Source: Auanema rhodensis (Eukaryota; Animalia; Nematoda). From it: a stretch of 64,000 nucleotides of DNA. The position numbers and the translations under genes were made by a program. The DNA lies in the NCBI GenBank assembly GCA_964057225.1, contig OZ059897.1, forward strand, positions 15,128,001-15,192,000. Reading direction: 5' to 3'. The notes beneath the pieces were generated by a model. The model did not search any database. It worked only from the letters and a program-made list of their open reading frames with translations, and was not told where the DNA came from. Below, one piece after another: positions 1-14,521 of the stretch. Numbering within the stretch: position 1 is the stretch's first letter; each line of letters starts with the position of its first letter.

Positions 1-3000
1 AAGAAGCTCAAATGAAGTATGTTATATCTATTTTCGTGTTTATTTTAATTTTTATAATTTATTATAGTTTTCGTAATATATATGTCTTCAGAAATGGTAT
101 CATAACTAATCCTAAAGCCTTATTTTCGTGCCCAGATTGTGGAAAAGGCATGACGAGTCAAAGAAATCTTCAGGTAGAATCTTATATTTTCATAAATAAA
201 TTTTAATAGATGAAAATTCTAAAAAGCAGTTAAGTGAATATTATTCAAAACTCAAATTTGCTTTTGCTTCGGAAAATTGAGAAAAGTTACGATAATATGT
301 TTCCAAGGTTACCACTTCTCAAACTCTTCTAGATAAAAAGTGATTGTAATCATTTTCTATAATTAAAAGATTTCGTTAAATGACTCACAAACTCAGCAAT
401 TTTCATATTCTATTCCTCAAATTACTTGTTGGAGTTATAACAATCAACTATTTGTTATAACATAAAAAACTCAAAAATTGAATAATTCAAATTAATGCAC
501 TGTTATTTCTATCATTATATTCTCGTATTATATATAATATAATATAGAAAAATAGTTTTATAAATTGATTTTAATATTTCGAAAATCGTTATGAAAGTTA
601 TAAAACAATAAACATCCAGTCTGTATAATTCCTATTGATTTTAGTAAAATATTTGTGGTCTTTTTGCAATAACATGAGAGAGAAAGTATTACAAACTAGG
701 TGCATATAACATACATTTAGCCTTTATAATTCCTACATACCTCCGATATTTGAAAATCCATATAATGCCATAATTTGTTTTAATTATAATCTAAAGCTTT
801 ATCCCATTTTATTACTGAGCCGAATATCAATACGATTAAGCTATGTCTTTTATATTTCAGCGCCATCGTCAAGCTTCATGTGCTAAGCGTATTCCGCCTG
901 ATACCCCACCTCCAGAAGATGACTCAGCTGTTCAAACCAGCTCAGATACAAGTCTACAGAACACGATGATTACTCTACCTGGAATGGATACTTTTTCGCA
1001 CAGTATGGGATCATTTAACATGCACTCTGAGGTAAATAAACTCTTTTCACTAAACTAAAAATAATTTATTTTATATCCAAATAATTACTTGTTGACTTTT
1101 CAAATGTCTCCTTTTAGTAGCATTTATTGTTTCAGATGAATGATTGGTGTAGTAATGAGAGCTTTTCTCCTCCTCCACCTTCACAACCCCAACAAATATC
1201 TACGCAGCTGGATTCCACTGAATCTCTTGCTTTAGATACAGCGAGGTGAGATAATGTCGCATATATTTTAGTCAAAAGCATAATTTAGTCATATGTCCGA
1301 ATCTTGCTTAGCTCCATTGTCACTAGAAACGGACGACTCACACACTCATTCTAGTAGTGCATCACATTGTAGTTCCAATTCCGCAGGCAATTCGACACCT
1401 CAAGGATTATTCACGTAAGCGTTGTTAAATTTTTAGAGGGATATTGCATGAAGACTGATTATTGCTTAAGCTTTTTTGACAGTTCAAGATTTCACTTTAT
1501 TTTTATTATTCTAATTTCCACGCAAAATTGACGTGGTGACACCGTACTAATTTTCGTACAATTGCTTCGCACCAGCGGTTAATGCGCTTATTTACGTACC
1601 ACAAATTTTTAATACAAGGCGGTAAAGAAAATAGTTTTCCTAATTAAAGTTCATAAATTTATGAAAAAGTTATCTTTTTGCAATTATTTTTATATTACCG
1701 AACTTTTCTCTCTTTTGGCAATTTAGTGAGACGTCATTTTGCAGATGTGGTTCATGCAAGAAGTCAGTTTGTTCATTCCGCAGTCTCAAAAGACATCATA
1801 CCACCTGCAAACAATTCATAGCTGAATTTGGTCCCCCAGAAAATGAGTATGTCTATAATCGTATTTTTGAAATTTCTACAATATATAGATGTTGTAATTT
1901 CGTTGTGTTTGTTTGTTGTCATTTTAGTTCAAGAGCAAAGCCGAAATCGCACTTCAAATGTAAAGCTAGCTCTGATAAAGAGAATGAGCCAACCCCGCAC
2001 CTTAGCTCTGGCTCAATTGGAATTTGGCCGGTGTTTCCTTCAAGTGTTTCAAAGGAGGATGAGCATCTGATGTTACCTTCAACTTCTACATCTTCGCTGT
2101 CAACTTTTTCATCGTCATCTTCATCATCGCCTGCTGCTTCAGAGACAAGTAGTGTTACTGGTGAAACGATCATTGCTGTTCTTAATGACGGGTGTGTCCA
2201 TTAGTTTTGTGCTTAGTGCTTTGTGACTGATTGTTAGCAATATCCCCAAATATCATAGTATATATTAGCGTTTAAAACATCGTGTCTATTTTAGAAAAGT
2301 TGTTCCGACTGGTGGAGCAAATGTTTGTGCTGATTGTAATCGGCAGTTATGTTCCGCTAGTAACCTCAAACGCCATCGAGCAACATGTAAAATAGCTATT
2401 CAAAAGTAAGTGTTTTCACAATTCTTTTAATTAATTTTCATTTTTTCTTTTTTTTTCAGTGCTCGCCTCGGTGCAAGCTCTCCCAGTTCGCAACCTTCAA
2501 CCCCAAGATCTTCCACAGATGGACCTGAAAAAGATGTGCCTCATCAGCCTACGACAAGAAATAGTTCGGCTCGGTTTGCTGCTGCAGAACAAGTATGCTG
2601 TTCCTTTCAATTACCTGAATTAAATTTAAAATTATAGAGAGTAACACGGCAATCGCAAGCTAGCACGGCGGCTAGTCTGCTACTTAATGATCCTGAGTTA
2701 CAACAGAAACCATGGGTATAATAAGCATTGAATTTGAGTTTCAAGCTCTATATTTCAGATAACAGTTGGCGAACATCTTAGAGCACAACATCACAAAGCT
2801 AAATTGACTGAAGGTCACAAAGATGTAGATACATCGCCATCTACTGCTGCCGCCTCTTCCACAACAACTACCAATTCAACAACTTCGGCTTCATCCTCCA
2901 CTAATAATCAAAACAATGCAAGTTCTACTAACAACAACGGTAGCAACTCAAATGGTGCTTCTGGAAATTCTGCTAATTCGCAAATAACTGCACGTGTTAC

Positions 3001-6000
3001 ATACTACAAACTTGATGTACGTTGAATCTATGAGTTTAACTTTTATCTCATTACTTATAGAACATGCGTCCAGTTATTGTGGCTAAGCCAAAAACAGACA
3101 TTCAGATAAATGATAACTTGTCTCATTTGAATAAAAACAACCGATTCGGAGTGGACAAGGTTTGATTTTTTTTTTATTTAAAAAAAAAAATTTGTTCATA
3201 CTAATTATATTTAGAACTCTATTGATTTGTCGAAAAAAACTGACAGGAAGGATGACATTCCTCAAGTCAATGCGGTAGACCAGAAGAAATGGTAACTGTG
3301 AAGTTTCTTATTTATATTTCAATTGTATGCAATTCAGGAAAATAGCCCAGGTGCCTTTAAATGGTGAAAGCCTTGAAAAGAAAAAACCATTGGAAAGCAT
3401 TATTACTACTCAACCTCTTAGCAAGTACGTGAAATAGCAATCAATCGCTTTTTTCATTAATATGAATTCTTTTACCCATGAAATGTACACGGCGGTTGCA
3501 TTCAGATATAATTCTTTCATATATAGCATATAAATTCAATTTTAGTGAACGGCTGGCTGGATTAGCTGAACCTATGATATTTCCTGATAATCGTACTATC
3601 CATCGAGCCTCGTACCCCGGACAAGAATTCCAATGTCCAGAATGTAAAAAGAAGTATTGCCCTATTATTATATAAATTTCGAATTATTGATATTTTAGTT
3701 ATTCGTGCCGAAAAAATGTTAAACGACATCGTATGGCTGTTCATAAGCTCACTGCGGATGAGATCGCGCGGTTTCCTGCTGTTCCTTGCACATCGGCCGT
3801 TCAAGTTCCAACACCAACGCTATCCACTGTTGCAGCTTCATCGCTAGCTGCAAGTGGTCGCTTACCTCTTTCAAGCATTCCTAAAGTAAGCACAAAGTGT
3901 GACTATAAAACTGAGGTTATCCCACTGTCTCCTACATCTTCGATCAAACCAGGCGGAATTCGATATTGTTTGAAAGTAAGTTTTTAACTATTTATATTTT
4001 AATATGTTTTTGAATTCAGAGTCTCTCAGAAGAAGATGATGTTTCTAGTTGGTGTCGACCATCTGATTATGATGAAGAAACAGCGGAGACTGCTCGAATT
4101 GCTGCTGAATTGAAACGAAGTGCTGAACAAGAAGTAATTGTAGCCTGTATTGAACTTTTTCTTTAACACAAGTTTATTTCAGGTAGCTGAATTTGAAGGC
4201 AAACGACCTCGAACAGAGTTAGCTGAAGCTGATACTACATTTCATGAAGAATCAGAACAGTACACAACGATATTTTGACTTTGATTTAACTATTTTTTCC
4301 AGCAATCTGGTAAGATCTCATCATTCATCTCCTGGAGTCATGGTAAGCTCTTCATTGGGCTCTAACAATTCGCTGAATGCCCAATCTTTGCCATCAATAT
4401 CTTCTTGGATAGAATCTAGTAAACGTAATGCTCTTTATCTTGGACTTTTGTAAATAAGCTGTTTTAGCATTAACAGTAGATATTCCTCCGCTTGGCGCAA
4501 CTCGTTCTGCTAATTCAAGTCCATCTTACCGACAACGTCGTCAGTTTTTAAATGAAAATAGTACCAGGTAATTTATTCAGTACATAATGTATGTATCTTA
4601 TTGTTCGTATTATAGAATTCTATCTTCTGATTACTCTAATCGGCGACCTCAACAGTACAGCTCACTCAGTTCAGATCGTTCAAATGCTGTAACTGCTCCA
4701 TCCTCTCTGTATAACGAAAATTTTACAGTGGTAAACTTTTTTTAATTATGACATTTGTTATGTTTAAATTTAAGAATACTCTAAACACCGCTGATCCTCT
4801 TTTGGGTCACAGTGTTAACACTGTGAATCAACGTGCTGAAGATGAATGGTATCGTATTCCCGAAGATGTTCCTGATAGCACTACCAGTCAGAGGTTTGAC
4901 CTTTCTTTCCTGTCACCTCTTCTTATTCTCCGATTTTAGATTGAAATTTGTGTGTGTTGATCGATCCACTTCTCCTGTTCATATTGATCATGGAAGTTCT
5001 GGACTTAGTATGCCTGAAACTCGAAAAAGAAGTTTATCAGGCAGTAGTTCAATTGGCAATGCCTCAGGCTATACTCAGTCTGACCCTAAGCAAGCACGTC
5101 ATTTATGTCAGGTAAGTATTTGGGCAAATCTTTGCCTGGATTTCTTTTCATTAAGTGTAAAAAAACAAAGTGATATACAGTTACAAGTTCTAATCCTTGC
5201 TTGTTTTGCATCTTGTCTTTAGTTTTTTTTATGTTCAAAACTAAGTAAAGCTTTCAAGGCTTAGAATGCCAGGCGTTCACATTTTTCTTAACATACAGCT
5301 TCGATTTTTCGTTTGATTGCACGCTTCAAATACCCCTTAGTGCTCGTGATAAAAAAAACTATATAGATACATATGTATACATATATTTGTGAGTTTGATG
5401 TTATTGTGTTCAGTGGAATCCGTCAACTACATCTTCCAAGTCATCTGCTGTTTTTTTGCATGCAGCGACGTCTACCTCTCAATCCATAACACGTCAAACT
5501 TCCACAAGTTCCCCAATGCTCAATACTGCCATGGTTAATCAGAAGGCCATCCCTACGGCATCAGAATACGTACCTCCGCTTCAATCAGATATGTTGGATC
5601 TGTCAACTCCGGATTGCATGTCCTTCTCTATCACACTTGCCGAGCTTAGGACAGCGAGCGCCACATCTCCTAATCCGGGTTCTTGCGGCTTCTCGCCCAG
5701 CTTTCACCTACCAGCTATTGCTGATTGGTTCAAAAGTTCTTCCCCAAACTATAAAGTTCTTCATGAACTATAAAAAAGCTGATTGTGCTTTTGTGTTGTG
5801 TTGTACTACTGCATTCCAGTTAGTCAATTTCTAATAGTCTATACCCTTTCCAGTAGCACATTTTAACCATATTAATGATTTTTCACTATTGGCTCTTTTA
5901 ATATGTAGAACTTCATATTTCTATTCTCCCCAAAATTTTTATAGCTTTCCTGTATTATCTACCTCATTGACTCAGCTAACTGTTTTCGGGTCAATTTTTC

Positions 6001-7107
6001 TCTTTTTCATAAAATTTAATTAAGTATTTCGTGAATTAATACATAGTTTACCCTAGATAGCTTTTGTTAGAAATGTTATTTATTTTTGTTTTGTCTTGTA
6101 TCTATTTTGTAAATCTATTCCGTACTTCTGGTCTCTGATTTGGACGTGTATTTCTTGTTCTCTCCAGCATCTGTTTCTTCAGTTTGCCCATTTTTTATCA
6201 CATGAAACTGGTGTTAAAATCTGTTTCAATACGGATAAAACAAATATTCTGTGTATCAAAGTGTTTTTTTTTTGTGTTAAGCAATTACTCATAGAGTTCT
6301 CTTGAAAGATACGTATTTGAAATATTTTGTTAATTCAGGCTTGCGGAAAATTCTACTCATCTGAATGGAATCTCGAAAGGCATAAACGCGAAAGTTGCCC
6401 AACGAAGCCAGGAGAGGAAGGGTCAGTCATTAGGCTAATCCTTCAAATATATTGAGTTCTCCTATTACAGATGCCTCAATCACATACCATACCCCGAGGA
6501 AGTTACATTATTATTGAATGGAAAACGCTATATAGTCTCTCGGAACACAATATCTAACGACTTTGGATCATTTCAAACTTTCTTCAGTGCTTATGATTTG
6601 AATGGTGGTGAAATCATACTAGATGTTGATGCAAATGATTTCCGTGTTGTTGTTGATATATTCAACAAACCACATTCTATTTCCGGTATGTTTTAAACAA
6701 TATATTTCATAATTTTAATGTAAACTCTTTTAGCTAATAATATTGATCTTGTGACTCATGTATCAGATCGTCTTAAAATTCCTGTTGTTTTTGATCTTTG
6801 CGTCAAATATATATCGGAGGAAGTGAGTATTACATTCTCAACCTCGGTAAATTAAAAAATATTTTTTCAGTTACCTAAAATTTCTGTGATGCATGCTCTC
6901 CGCTTAGCGGATGAGTATCGTTTTTTGGGACTGAAACAACGTCTCCTTGATTCGATTTCTATTGATGTTTTTCGGTAATAACACAATGTTGAATACATAA
7001 TCTACTTAATATTAATTTTTAGATCTCTCTCTGCTGACCACAATTACAAATTGTTAGATGCAGAGCTAAAAGCAGAGCTACTGGAGAAATGGGGAACGTT
7101 TTTGTAG
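1..7107 (+). CDS. Multi-exon gene for a C2HC/C2H2 zinc-finger protein with Ser/Asn-rich linkers and a C-terminal BTB/POZ-like domain; 5' end lies upstream of the window
   Basis: Spliced exons give CPDCGKGMTSQRNLQRHRQASC, CGSCKKSVCSFRSLKRHHTTC, CADCNRQLCSASNLKRHRATC, CPECK..CRKNVKRHRMAVH and CQACGKFYSSEWNLERHKRESC. The last exons (VTLLLNGKRYIVSR...DFRVVVD...ALRLADEY) look BTB/BACK-like. Stop TAG at 7105-7107; GT-AG introns throughout. Confidence 0.8.
1928..2191 (+). CDS. Symmetric (phase 2-2) 264-nt Ser-rich exon of the zinc-finger gene, potentially a skippable cassette
   Basis: ATTTTAG acceptor ends at 1927 and the GT donor is at 2192. The exon is in frame with both neighbours, which also join in frame without it. 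Confidence 0.5.
5414..5773 (+). CDS. Putative alternative terminal exon of the zinc-finger gene (Ser/Thr/Pro-rich tail)
   Basis: TTCAG acceptor ends at 5413; in frame with the phase-0 donor at 5111/5112; open for 360 nt to TAA inside a 1.2-kb intron. Confidence 0.55.
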   Translation, partial: WNPSTTSSKSSAVFLHAATSTSQSITRQTSTSSPMLNTAMVNQKAIPTASEYVPPLQSDMLDLSTPDCMSFSITLAELRTASATSPNPGSCGFSPSFHLPAIADWFKSSSPNYKVLHEL

Positions 7108-7770
7108 TTGGTCACATAGTTATTCAGAGTTCCGTTGTCGAAGTTCTGTCAAAAAGAAACTATCATTACTACCTCATAAACCAGTCATTACGATTCTCAA
7201 GCATTGAAACCTCATATTATTTCTTTCAAATTGGCCCTGAAAAGATTTCTATTCAATTTGCTGTAATTGTAAGTACAGCTATCTAATTTCTTTCGAGTGA
7301 TATCGGTGTCTCTTTTACGTAAATAAGATGTTACTTCAGTTTTTACATGTATGTTTCCCTAGTCTTTGTACGCACATATATAAATATATATATTTTTTCT
7401 ATAGAAATTCTTAAGTTTTTTACGATGTTCTGTGTACTTTCGATGAATTTATCCCAGTGACCTCAAAGCCGATATTTGCAAAACAGGCTTCTTTTACTGA
7501 TTGTTTATATCTTTGTTATTTTTGAATAGAAAAGTGTGCTCTTCTATATTTTGCTCTAAGCACAAGCTCCTTTCAAATTGATCTCTTAAATGTATTCAAC
7601 TAGAGCCTTCTCCACCAAGAAAAATAATTTTTCTTGGTACATTTTTACAACTTGCCCCATCTCTTTTCCCATATCATAGTTGGTGTGATCATTCTTAGCA
7701 GATTGTTGTTTTATGTTTCTATAGATTGTCGAGCATAGTAAACAAAATATTAAGTTTATGACTGTTTTAG

Positions 7771-8242
7771 TTTTGTTCTTGGGTGTTTGATAATTCATTT
7801 AAAAATATCTCCAAAATACAAAATAATCATGATTCATCAAAGAATTTGAAGGATCTGCTCATACGTGAATGGCAGTACTGGGATACGAAAATGGTGAAAC
7901 TTTGATATATGTTACATGTGTAGAAAATTGTGAAACACAACTTCTATTTGAAATAGTTTTTTGTTGAAATTCGAAATAATTTAAAAACACAGTTTTGGGT
8001 TTGAATTCTGATTTCCAGATGGCTTCATTTGCTTCATTTTGGTTTCATTAACATTTGCAGCCATGCTTATAGGTTATTTAGTTACTTATTGTGCTATGTT
8101 ATACGTTCAAAGAAGGTTGGCCATGATAGTTAAAAATTATTTATTTATTCTTTATGTTGCTTATAGATATCAACAATACATTCTTAAAAGGGGCCAATTT
8201 CAACATAGATTAGCTTTGGCACATCATGAACACTGTGATTAA
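7771..8242 (+). CDS. Small putative single-pass membrane protein; 5' exons uncertain
   Basis: Exon-like segments FCSWVFDNSFK...EWQYWDTKM, a hydrophobic GFICFILVSLTFAAMLIGYLVTYCAMLYV, and RYQQYILKR...HCD* with plausible splice sites. The junction phases were not fully resolved. Confidence 0.35.
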
Positions 8243-8292
8243 ATATTATGTGTACTACGTTAATATAATGATTATTAGTTTTAAGCTTACAA

Positions 8293-8987
8293 TTATAAAT
8301 TTATAAATAATATAATAAATGTTAATAAAAATGATGTGATGAATCTTAAAGTATTGATTGAATTACAGAAGTCTTTCTTGCAATAGCACTCCCTTATTGT
8401 CTGTAAAAAAATTCAATTGATTAATCTTTTATCGAAATACTAGTGAACCTTTTTATATGTTGCAGTGCTTGAGGTATCCACATCCTTACACCCAATTTTA
8501 GGACTAATTTTATTTTCTTTAAAACAACCCTGGAAAATATTTAAAATTTTTAACAAATAACAACAAAGTTATAACCTTCTCATATGTAGTGTACTTAAAA
8601 TTCATTTTTTCATACTTTATATCGTATAATACTAAATAAATACTTTAAGAGAGAAGTGTATATTTGTAAATTACCAGTTCGCTTGGTACAAAAAAGTCCC
8701 TCAGAACATGAGCTAGCTTTATCCTTACAATTTCCCTGAAATATGTTGTTTTATATTGTTTGATGATGCTGCGTACATGAACAGGAAACGATATATTTAA
8801 AGTGTCAATGATATTCACTGCATCATATGTTGGAGCTGAATCAGCACCAGCACAAACATGACAGGTCAACGAAGAAGCTCCTTTAATTAATTATAATCGT
8901 TTTTCTCGACCTGGAAATCAAAAAAATACCTGATATGAATGCTATTAAGATAAAATATCGAAAAACGAGATTCCTGTAGGCCGACAT
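8293..8987 (-). CDS. Ly6/uPAR three-finger (quiver/sleepless-like) GPI-anchored protein
   Basis: Signal peptide MSAYRNLVFRYFILIAFISGASS, then LTCHVC, C...C....FC.K, EKGC and terminal ECYCKKDFCN, followed by a hydrophobic GPI-type tail. Five exons with GT-AG introns. Confidence 0.8.
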
Positions 8988-9659
8988 CGTAGCAAATACA
9001 TCGAAGTATCCTGGTAACAGATTTAAACGTTGTGAAGGATTGCATAAATAATGGAAAAGCCTTTGTAGCATTAGTGAATGTATCTCAATAGCTCAACAAT
9101 TGACATGCATATATTTACATACACCAAGGTTTTTGAGTTTTAGTGTTTTTGAAAATAGAAAGATCACGAGCTTAAAATCAAAATCCTGTGAACAATCTAA
9201 TAAAAATAAGTTGAATATAATGGTTGGTGTAACTAAAATATATGATATAACATATACAATGCATATTTTACGAAAATTTATTTAAATTTTTGAGAATTAG
9301 TTTTATTAACAAAACTTAACAAATAGCCTTTTTGTTTAATTTAAATTTATTTTAGTAACTACACTTGTTGAGTTTTATTTCAATCGATCTTTTGATAATA
9401 AATTCAAATATTTTTGGCCTCAAGCTTACCACATGTTGTATTGATTATGATATGAATAAAACGTTTCTATGATTTTAGCAAAAATTCTCCCTCCTTAAAA
9501 CCTTATAATATGAGCTTATGTAACGTGTAATAATTACGTCATCTTTCGACTATACGCGCTTGTGTCGATTCAACAGCCACAACATTTTCGTCCTGTTTTG
9601 AATTTAACATAAATATTTATAAACTTTAAAAAGTTTCTTAACTCGTATTCTTTTGAAAT

Positions 9660-10858
9660 ATGAAAGAAAAAATCTTTGTTATTGCTATAATTTTGTTTGT
9701 TACTGATTTAACAGGTATGTCTTATATTATTCTGTTATTAAAGTTTAATATTATTATTTAGAATGTCATCAAAAAGTTTTACTTGAAAATGTGAAAACAC
9801 TAACTTTGAAAAAGGATCAAATGACTTCTGGTTAATCTTTGTTATAATATAACAAAAATATATCTATATAGGTAGAAGAAACAGTCCTGTCCCTCAAATA
9901 AAGTGCGTGGGGGGTTCTGCTAAAGGAAAATTTATTCCTAAAGTTGTTCAGTGCACTCAAACTGGCCATGATGGTTTGGATTACCAATGGCGTTGTACCG
10001 CGGATTTACCTCAAGAGTTGGAATTCGGAGAGGTAAATTGGTAACTAGGAAACAAAAATTTCTCTTTCTTCAGGTTACCGTCAATTGTGAGGGGTATACT
10101 CACCCAGAAGATCCATACATTCTCGCAGGGTCATGCGGAGTATGTTTAATATTTTAGAATTTTTTTAAGTTAACAAATTCAGTTGGAATATAATCTCGAA
10201 TACAGAGCTGAAAACTATGCTGAAAAGGATTACAAGGAAAGAAAATCTAGGAATGCGACATCGTAATTCATTAAAATCCTTCTCACATAATGTTGATTTT
10301 GAAGAATTCTCGAAAATGTTGTTCCATGGATTGTCGTAGTGTTTATTCTTTTCGTTCTTTATCAAACTCTTTTCTCTAGTAATAATTCGGAAACTCATCA
10401 AGGTTTGTTGATTAATTTATATATGTCTAAATGTATAAAATAGGAAGAGGTGGAAATGGTTTTGATCATGGACCTGGCTACCCACCTAATGATCCACGTG
10501 GACCTCCTCCAGGATACGATGATATTTTTGGCAAAAAAACAAATTCAAATTGTAATTCAGCTAATCAAGCTGCAGATGGTCCAGGCTTTTGGACTGGAGC
10601 TGGATTAGGAGCATTAGGAGGATATATGTTTGGCAGACAACAAGGAACTAGGTTACATGCTTTGATATAAAATTTTCATAACAATTTGTGTTTAGCGCAC
10701 CACGCAGACAATCCAGTCCTGTTTCCGACCATTATGCTTCTGATTCTTTCGGTACTTCTACATCATCATCTGAAATGCAATCTTCTACTGGTAATGAGAA
10801 TACTGTTATTATTTTCTCAGTTTCTTTTTCAGGTTACGGCGGAACTAGACGACGATAA
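9660..10858 (+). CDS. SARAF: Store-operated calcium entry-associated regulatory factor (TMEM66)
   Basis: Signal peptide; TLTL...TSGRRNSPVPQIKCVGG; VVQC...DYQWRC.ADL; VNCEGYTHPEDPYILAGSCGLEY; TM segment; PPPGY; GFWTGAGLGALGGYMFG; C-terminal GYGGTRRR*. Confidence 0.93.
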
Positions 10859-11164
10859 GAATTCTCTTTAGTTAAAATTGTGGTATATTTGTATTAAAAC
10901 TAATATTGTTGTTCAACTATTTATTCAATATATATGCTTAATACTTGAGTGAATGAGCGTTTTTTAAACTGAATGCTCTGTCATATAGATCTGAAGTCTG
11001 CTCTGTTGACATTGTCATAGACCTTTAATATTGTAAGTACTTGCAGCTGATCAATAAAGATTTATAAGCCTCAATGCATTTGCATATCTCATTCCTATAA
11101 TTTTCTAAAATCATTTGAAACTCATTTTTTTTATTTAGGTAATTTAACTACCACAGAAATAATT

Positions 11165-14100
11165 ATGCGTTTCTGTTGTTTAATTTTTGGATTTCTGTTA
11201 GTTTTATATGTTTCCTGTGAATCTTTTCAAGATCCTTATAAAACATTAGGAGTGTCGAAAAGAGCATCTTTAAAAGAAATAAAAAGGGCATATAAAGCAT
11301 TGGCTAGAGAATGGTATTTTTTGCGTAGTTGTTTCGTGATTGCATCTGAAACCTTAGGCATCCTGATAAAAACGAAGATCCAAATGCACAAGAAAAATTT
11401 GTTCTCATTTCTAAAGCTTACGAGTTATTATCTGATCCATTAAAGAGGGAACGATATGACAAATTTGGAACTTTCGATGATACTCCCAAACCAGAGCATC
11501 ATCATTATGGTGGTTTTGATCAATTTGTAGGTTAAATTATACTTTTAAAATCATATATTTTTGTTCAGTTCGGCGGGTTCGAGGACTCATTTTTTTCTAA
11601 ACAAAGGATCTCTCTACGACAATATACTCATACTATTTTAGCCAGGTAAATATTTAAGCAGTCATTGCATAACCTGTCGACTTTATTTTCCTAGAAGCCA
11701 CTATCAACCTTTCTTAATTTATGCATATTCGAATTACTGTCATCAGTGCTTCCGCTTATTGGATCAATGGAAGGTAGTAACTGAAGATCTCGAACCATTA
11801 GGTAAGCCACCGTATTATTATGTTATTTTTTTAGTTTGCTTTTCACCTTATTATATTTTTCTATTACCACTTGAAAATCTGCACTAATTTGGTATTATTC
11901 TAAGTAGATTTTGACAGACTTTTTTTAATGTGATAGGATTTAAACTTTTTTTGTTTTAAGGATACGGTATTGGAACTGTTAATGCGTTCACTGATGGAAA
12001 TCTTCTGGAGAAACTTCGCATATCACATTTACCACAGATTGTAGCTGTAGTTGAAGGAAGAGTGATCCCCTTCAGAGAGAATGTACTGTCTATAAATGCG
12101 AAGTAACCATCTCAATATTCTGTTTATTCAAACTGGATTAATTATTTTTAGGAAAGTTCGAATGTTTGCCAGAAGTGTTATTCCAAATACATATTTTGAT
12201 CCAGTTCACAATCATGCAAGTCTTCGCAGATTTGTTGATACTTGGAAGACCAGCAATAAGGTGGAATTTTTTATCAAGCTTCTGGTATTTATAGTAATTC
12301 TTAGATATCTGTTCTTATTGTTGGTGCGGCCCCTGAACCTCGACTCCGTTATCTCCTTACTGCTATGAAATACTCCGATTTCGCTCGTTTTGGATATGTA
12401 TATAACAACGCCAATACCGATGAAGTGAGTTCTTCAATTTATTTAGTTATTATAAACTTTTCTTCAGGTTGACTCGTTGCGAGATGCGCTATCAATAAAA
12501 TGTAAACAATGTGAAAATGTTTTAATCTTTAATGATATTCCAGAGGTTTGATGTTTCGTTTAAGAAAACTAATTGATTTGTTTCTAGAATGGACCTGTGT
12601 CTCGGTTATCAATTTCCAATATTAATCAATTAACTATTGAAAGTTTAAATAATCTCATTGACAATAATAAGTTTGTCAGCTTACCGAGGGTATGTACATT
12701 ATCCAATATTAGAAAAATATGGAATTTTTTAGTTATCATCTATGGAATATTTTGATGAACTTTGTCCTGTAAGCTCGAGAAATCCTCGCTATCTTTGTGC
12801 TATTTTACCAGTCATCGATAATGATGATGAACAAGAATTCTTAGAGTCATGGAACACATATACAATTAATAACATGAAAAAATATCTTCCATTTAAGGTT
12901 AGGTTTTCCAGCACAGCAGTTTTCTTATCCTGTTCTTTATAGTTACGTCTTGTCTATGTGTATGCGAACAAACAAGCCACATGGCTTCGTCCTTTCCTTG
13001 AAAAACGAGGACCCGAAGGAGTGGTATGCTTTATACATTCCCACATTGTTTAATTTTTCTCCGTTTCAGTCAGCAACGGCTCGGGATGTTCTTGTTATTT
13101 GGAGAACTGAACATGTTAAGGCTCGATTCCGTTGGTTGCCATCAGCATGGAATGGAAGTGAACAATCTATGAATGCATTGTTCACAGACATTTTGGCACA
13201 AAAAATTAAATTGACAGAAGAATGCCATGTCGGCAATTTGGTATAGCACCTAAGATATGTTCACATTATGATTACTCTTTAAGGATAATGAATACGCACT
13301 ATCATGGTGGACTAGAGCATGTAGGACAGTTGTCCGTATGTGGGAATCCGCTTGGTATCATTTATCTAAGGTCAGAGTTTTATATCTTATTATATTTAGT
13401 TTGTATATACTCACTCATTTTCAGGAAGAGGCATATCCTGTTCTTTCCGCTGTTGCTACATTTATCGTAATTCTATTGATTGGATATGGTTTGAATTATA
13501 TGAACCAGGATGTGAAATACAAAAAGGTATTTTTCATTTATTACTCATAATATGCTTATGCTTTAATATCTCAGGATAAAACAAAAACGTATCCTACTGA
13601 TGAGTGGCATCCAGATGATCCTAAAGTAAAGCCAGATGCCTCAAGTAAGCAAGCTAATCCGCAAGCTCGTCTTCAAAGGTTATTTCATAAATTGTGAAAT
13701 ATTTCTTGTTTTTGTTTCAGAATCATGCATGTTATGTCACCCTTAATGCATGAATTGAGAGCTGAAAGTTATTACGGTATGATCAGACTATTGAAGCCAG
13801 GATGTCGATCACTTGTTGTATTGGTTGACGAGGAAAGTAAAGATAGACTTCTTCCTCAGTTTGCTGCAGCTGTATTTCCAATCAGGAAGTAAAATAAATT
13901 ATTTTATTTTACAACAAAAGCTATCTCTATTTAAGCAATAAGACATTCTCGTTTGGGTATCTGATGGTTGACAAAAACCTTCCTTGGTTCCGTAAGTTAC
14001 TAGAGCATACCCTCCCATTGGGTGAGGGCGTTACCGAAGGTAAAGGAGGATTATATGAGAGGCTGAAGGTAATATTTTTTGTTCTAACTAGGATTATAAT

Positions 14101-14521
14101 TTTTTTAGGCTATCAATCCTCGGCAAACAGTTGGAACTGTTCTGGCTCTCTGTGGATGGAAGCTGTATTTCTCTATTTATCATCCTATGCATACTGCGGG
14201 AAATAAGAATCATTTCCTAGGGTTTGACGATGATGAATCAGACGATGGATATAGTTTTGACTCAGATGAAGATTGCGAGCACGGATCTAAGGAAGAGGTA
14301 GGGAAAACAGTAAAATTATAAGTATTTTGATATATTATTCAGCAAGCTATGTTGAGCTCAGTGAAGCAACTGAACACAGATAATGTTTTGAATGGATTCC
14401 CTATATGGTTAGATAATCTTCTCGAAGGGTCTATCAGAAGGTGATTTTAATATTTTTAAAGCCGTAATTTCTTTTTTTTATCAGATATTATATCCCTGAA
14501 TGGCCTGATAATTTACGTTGA
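11165..14521 (+). CDS. dnj-8: DnaJ subfamily C member 16-like (J domain + thioredoxin-like + TM)
   Basis: Signal peptide; DPYKTLGVS...[12 protein letters not shown]|HPDKN; a thioredoxin-like Y.NYCHQCF segment; TM helix; [19 protein letters not shown]; terminal RYYIPEWP. Many short exons. Confidence 0.85.
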
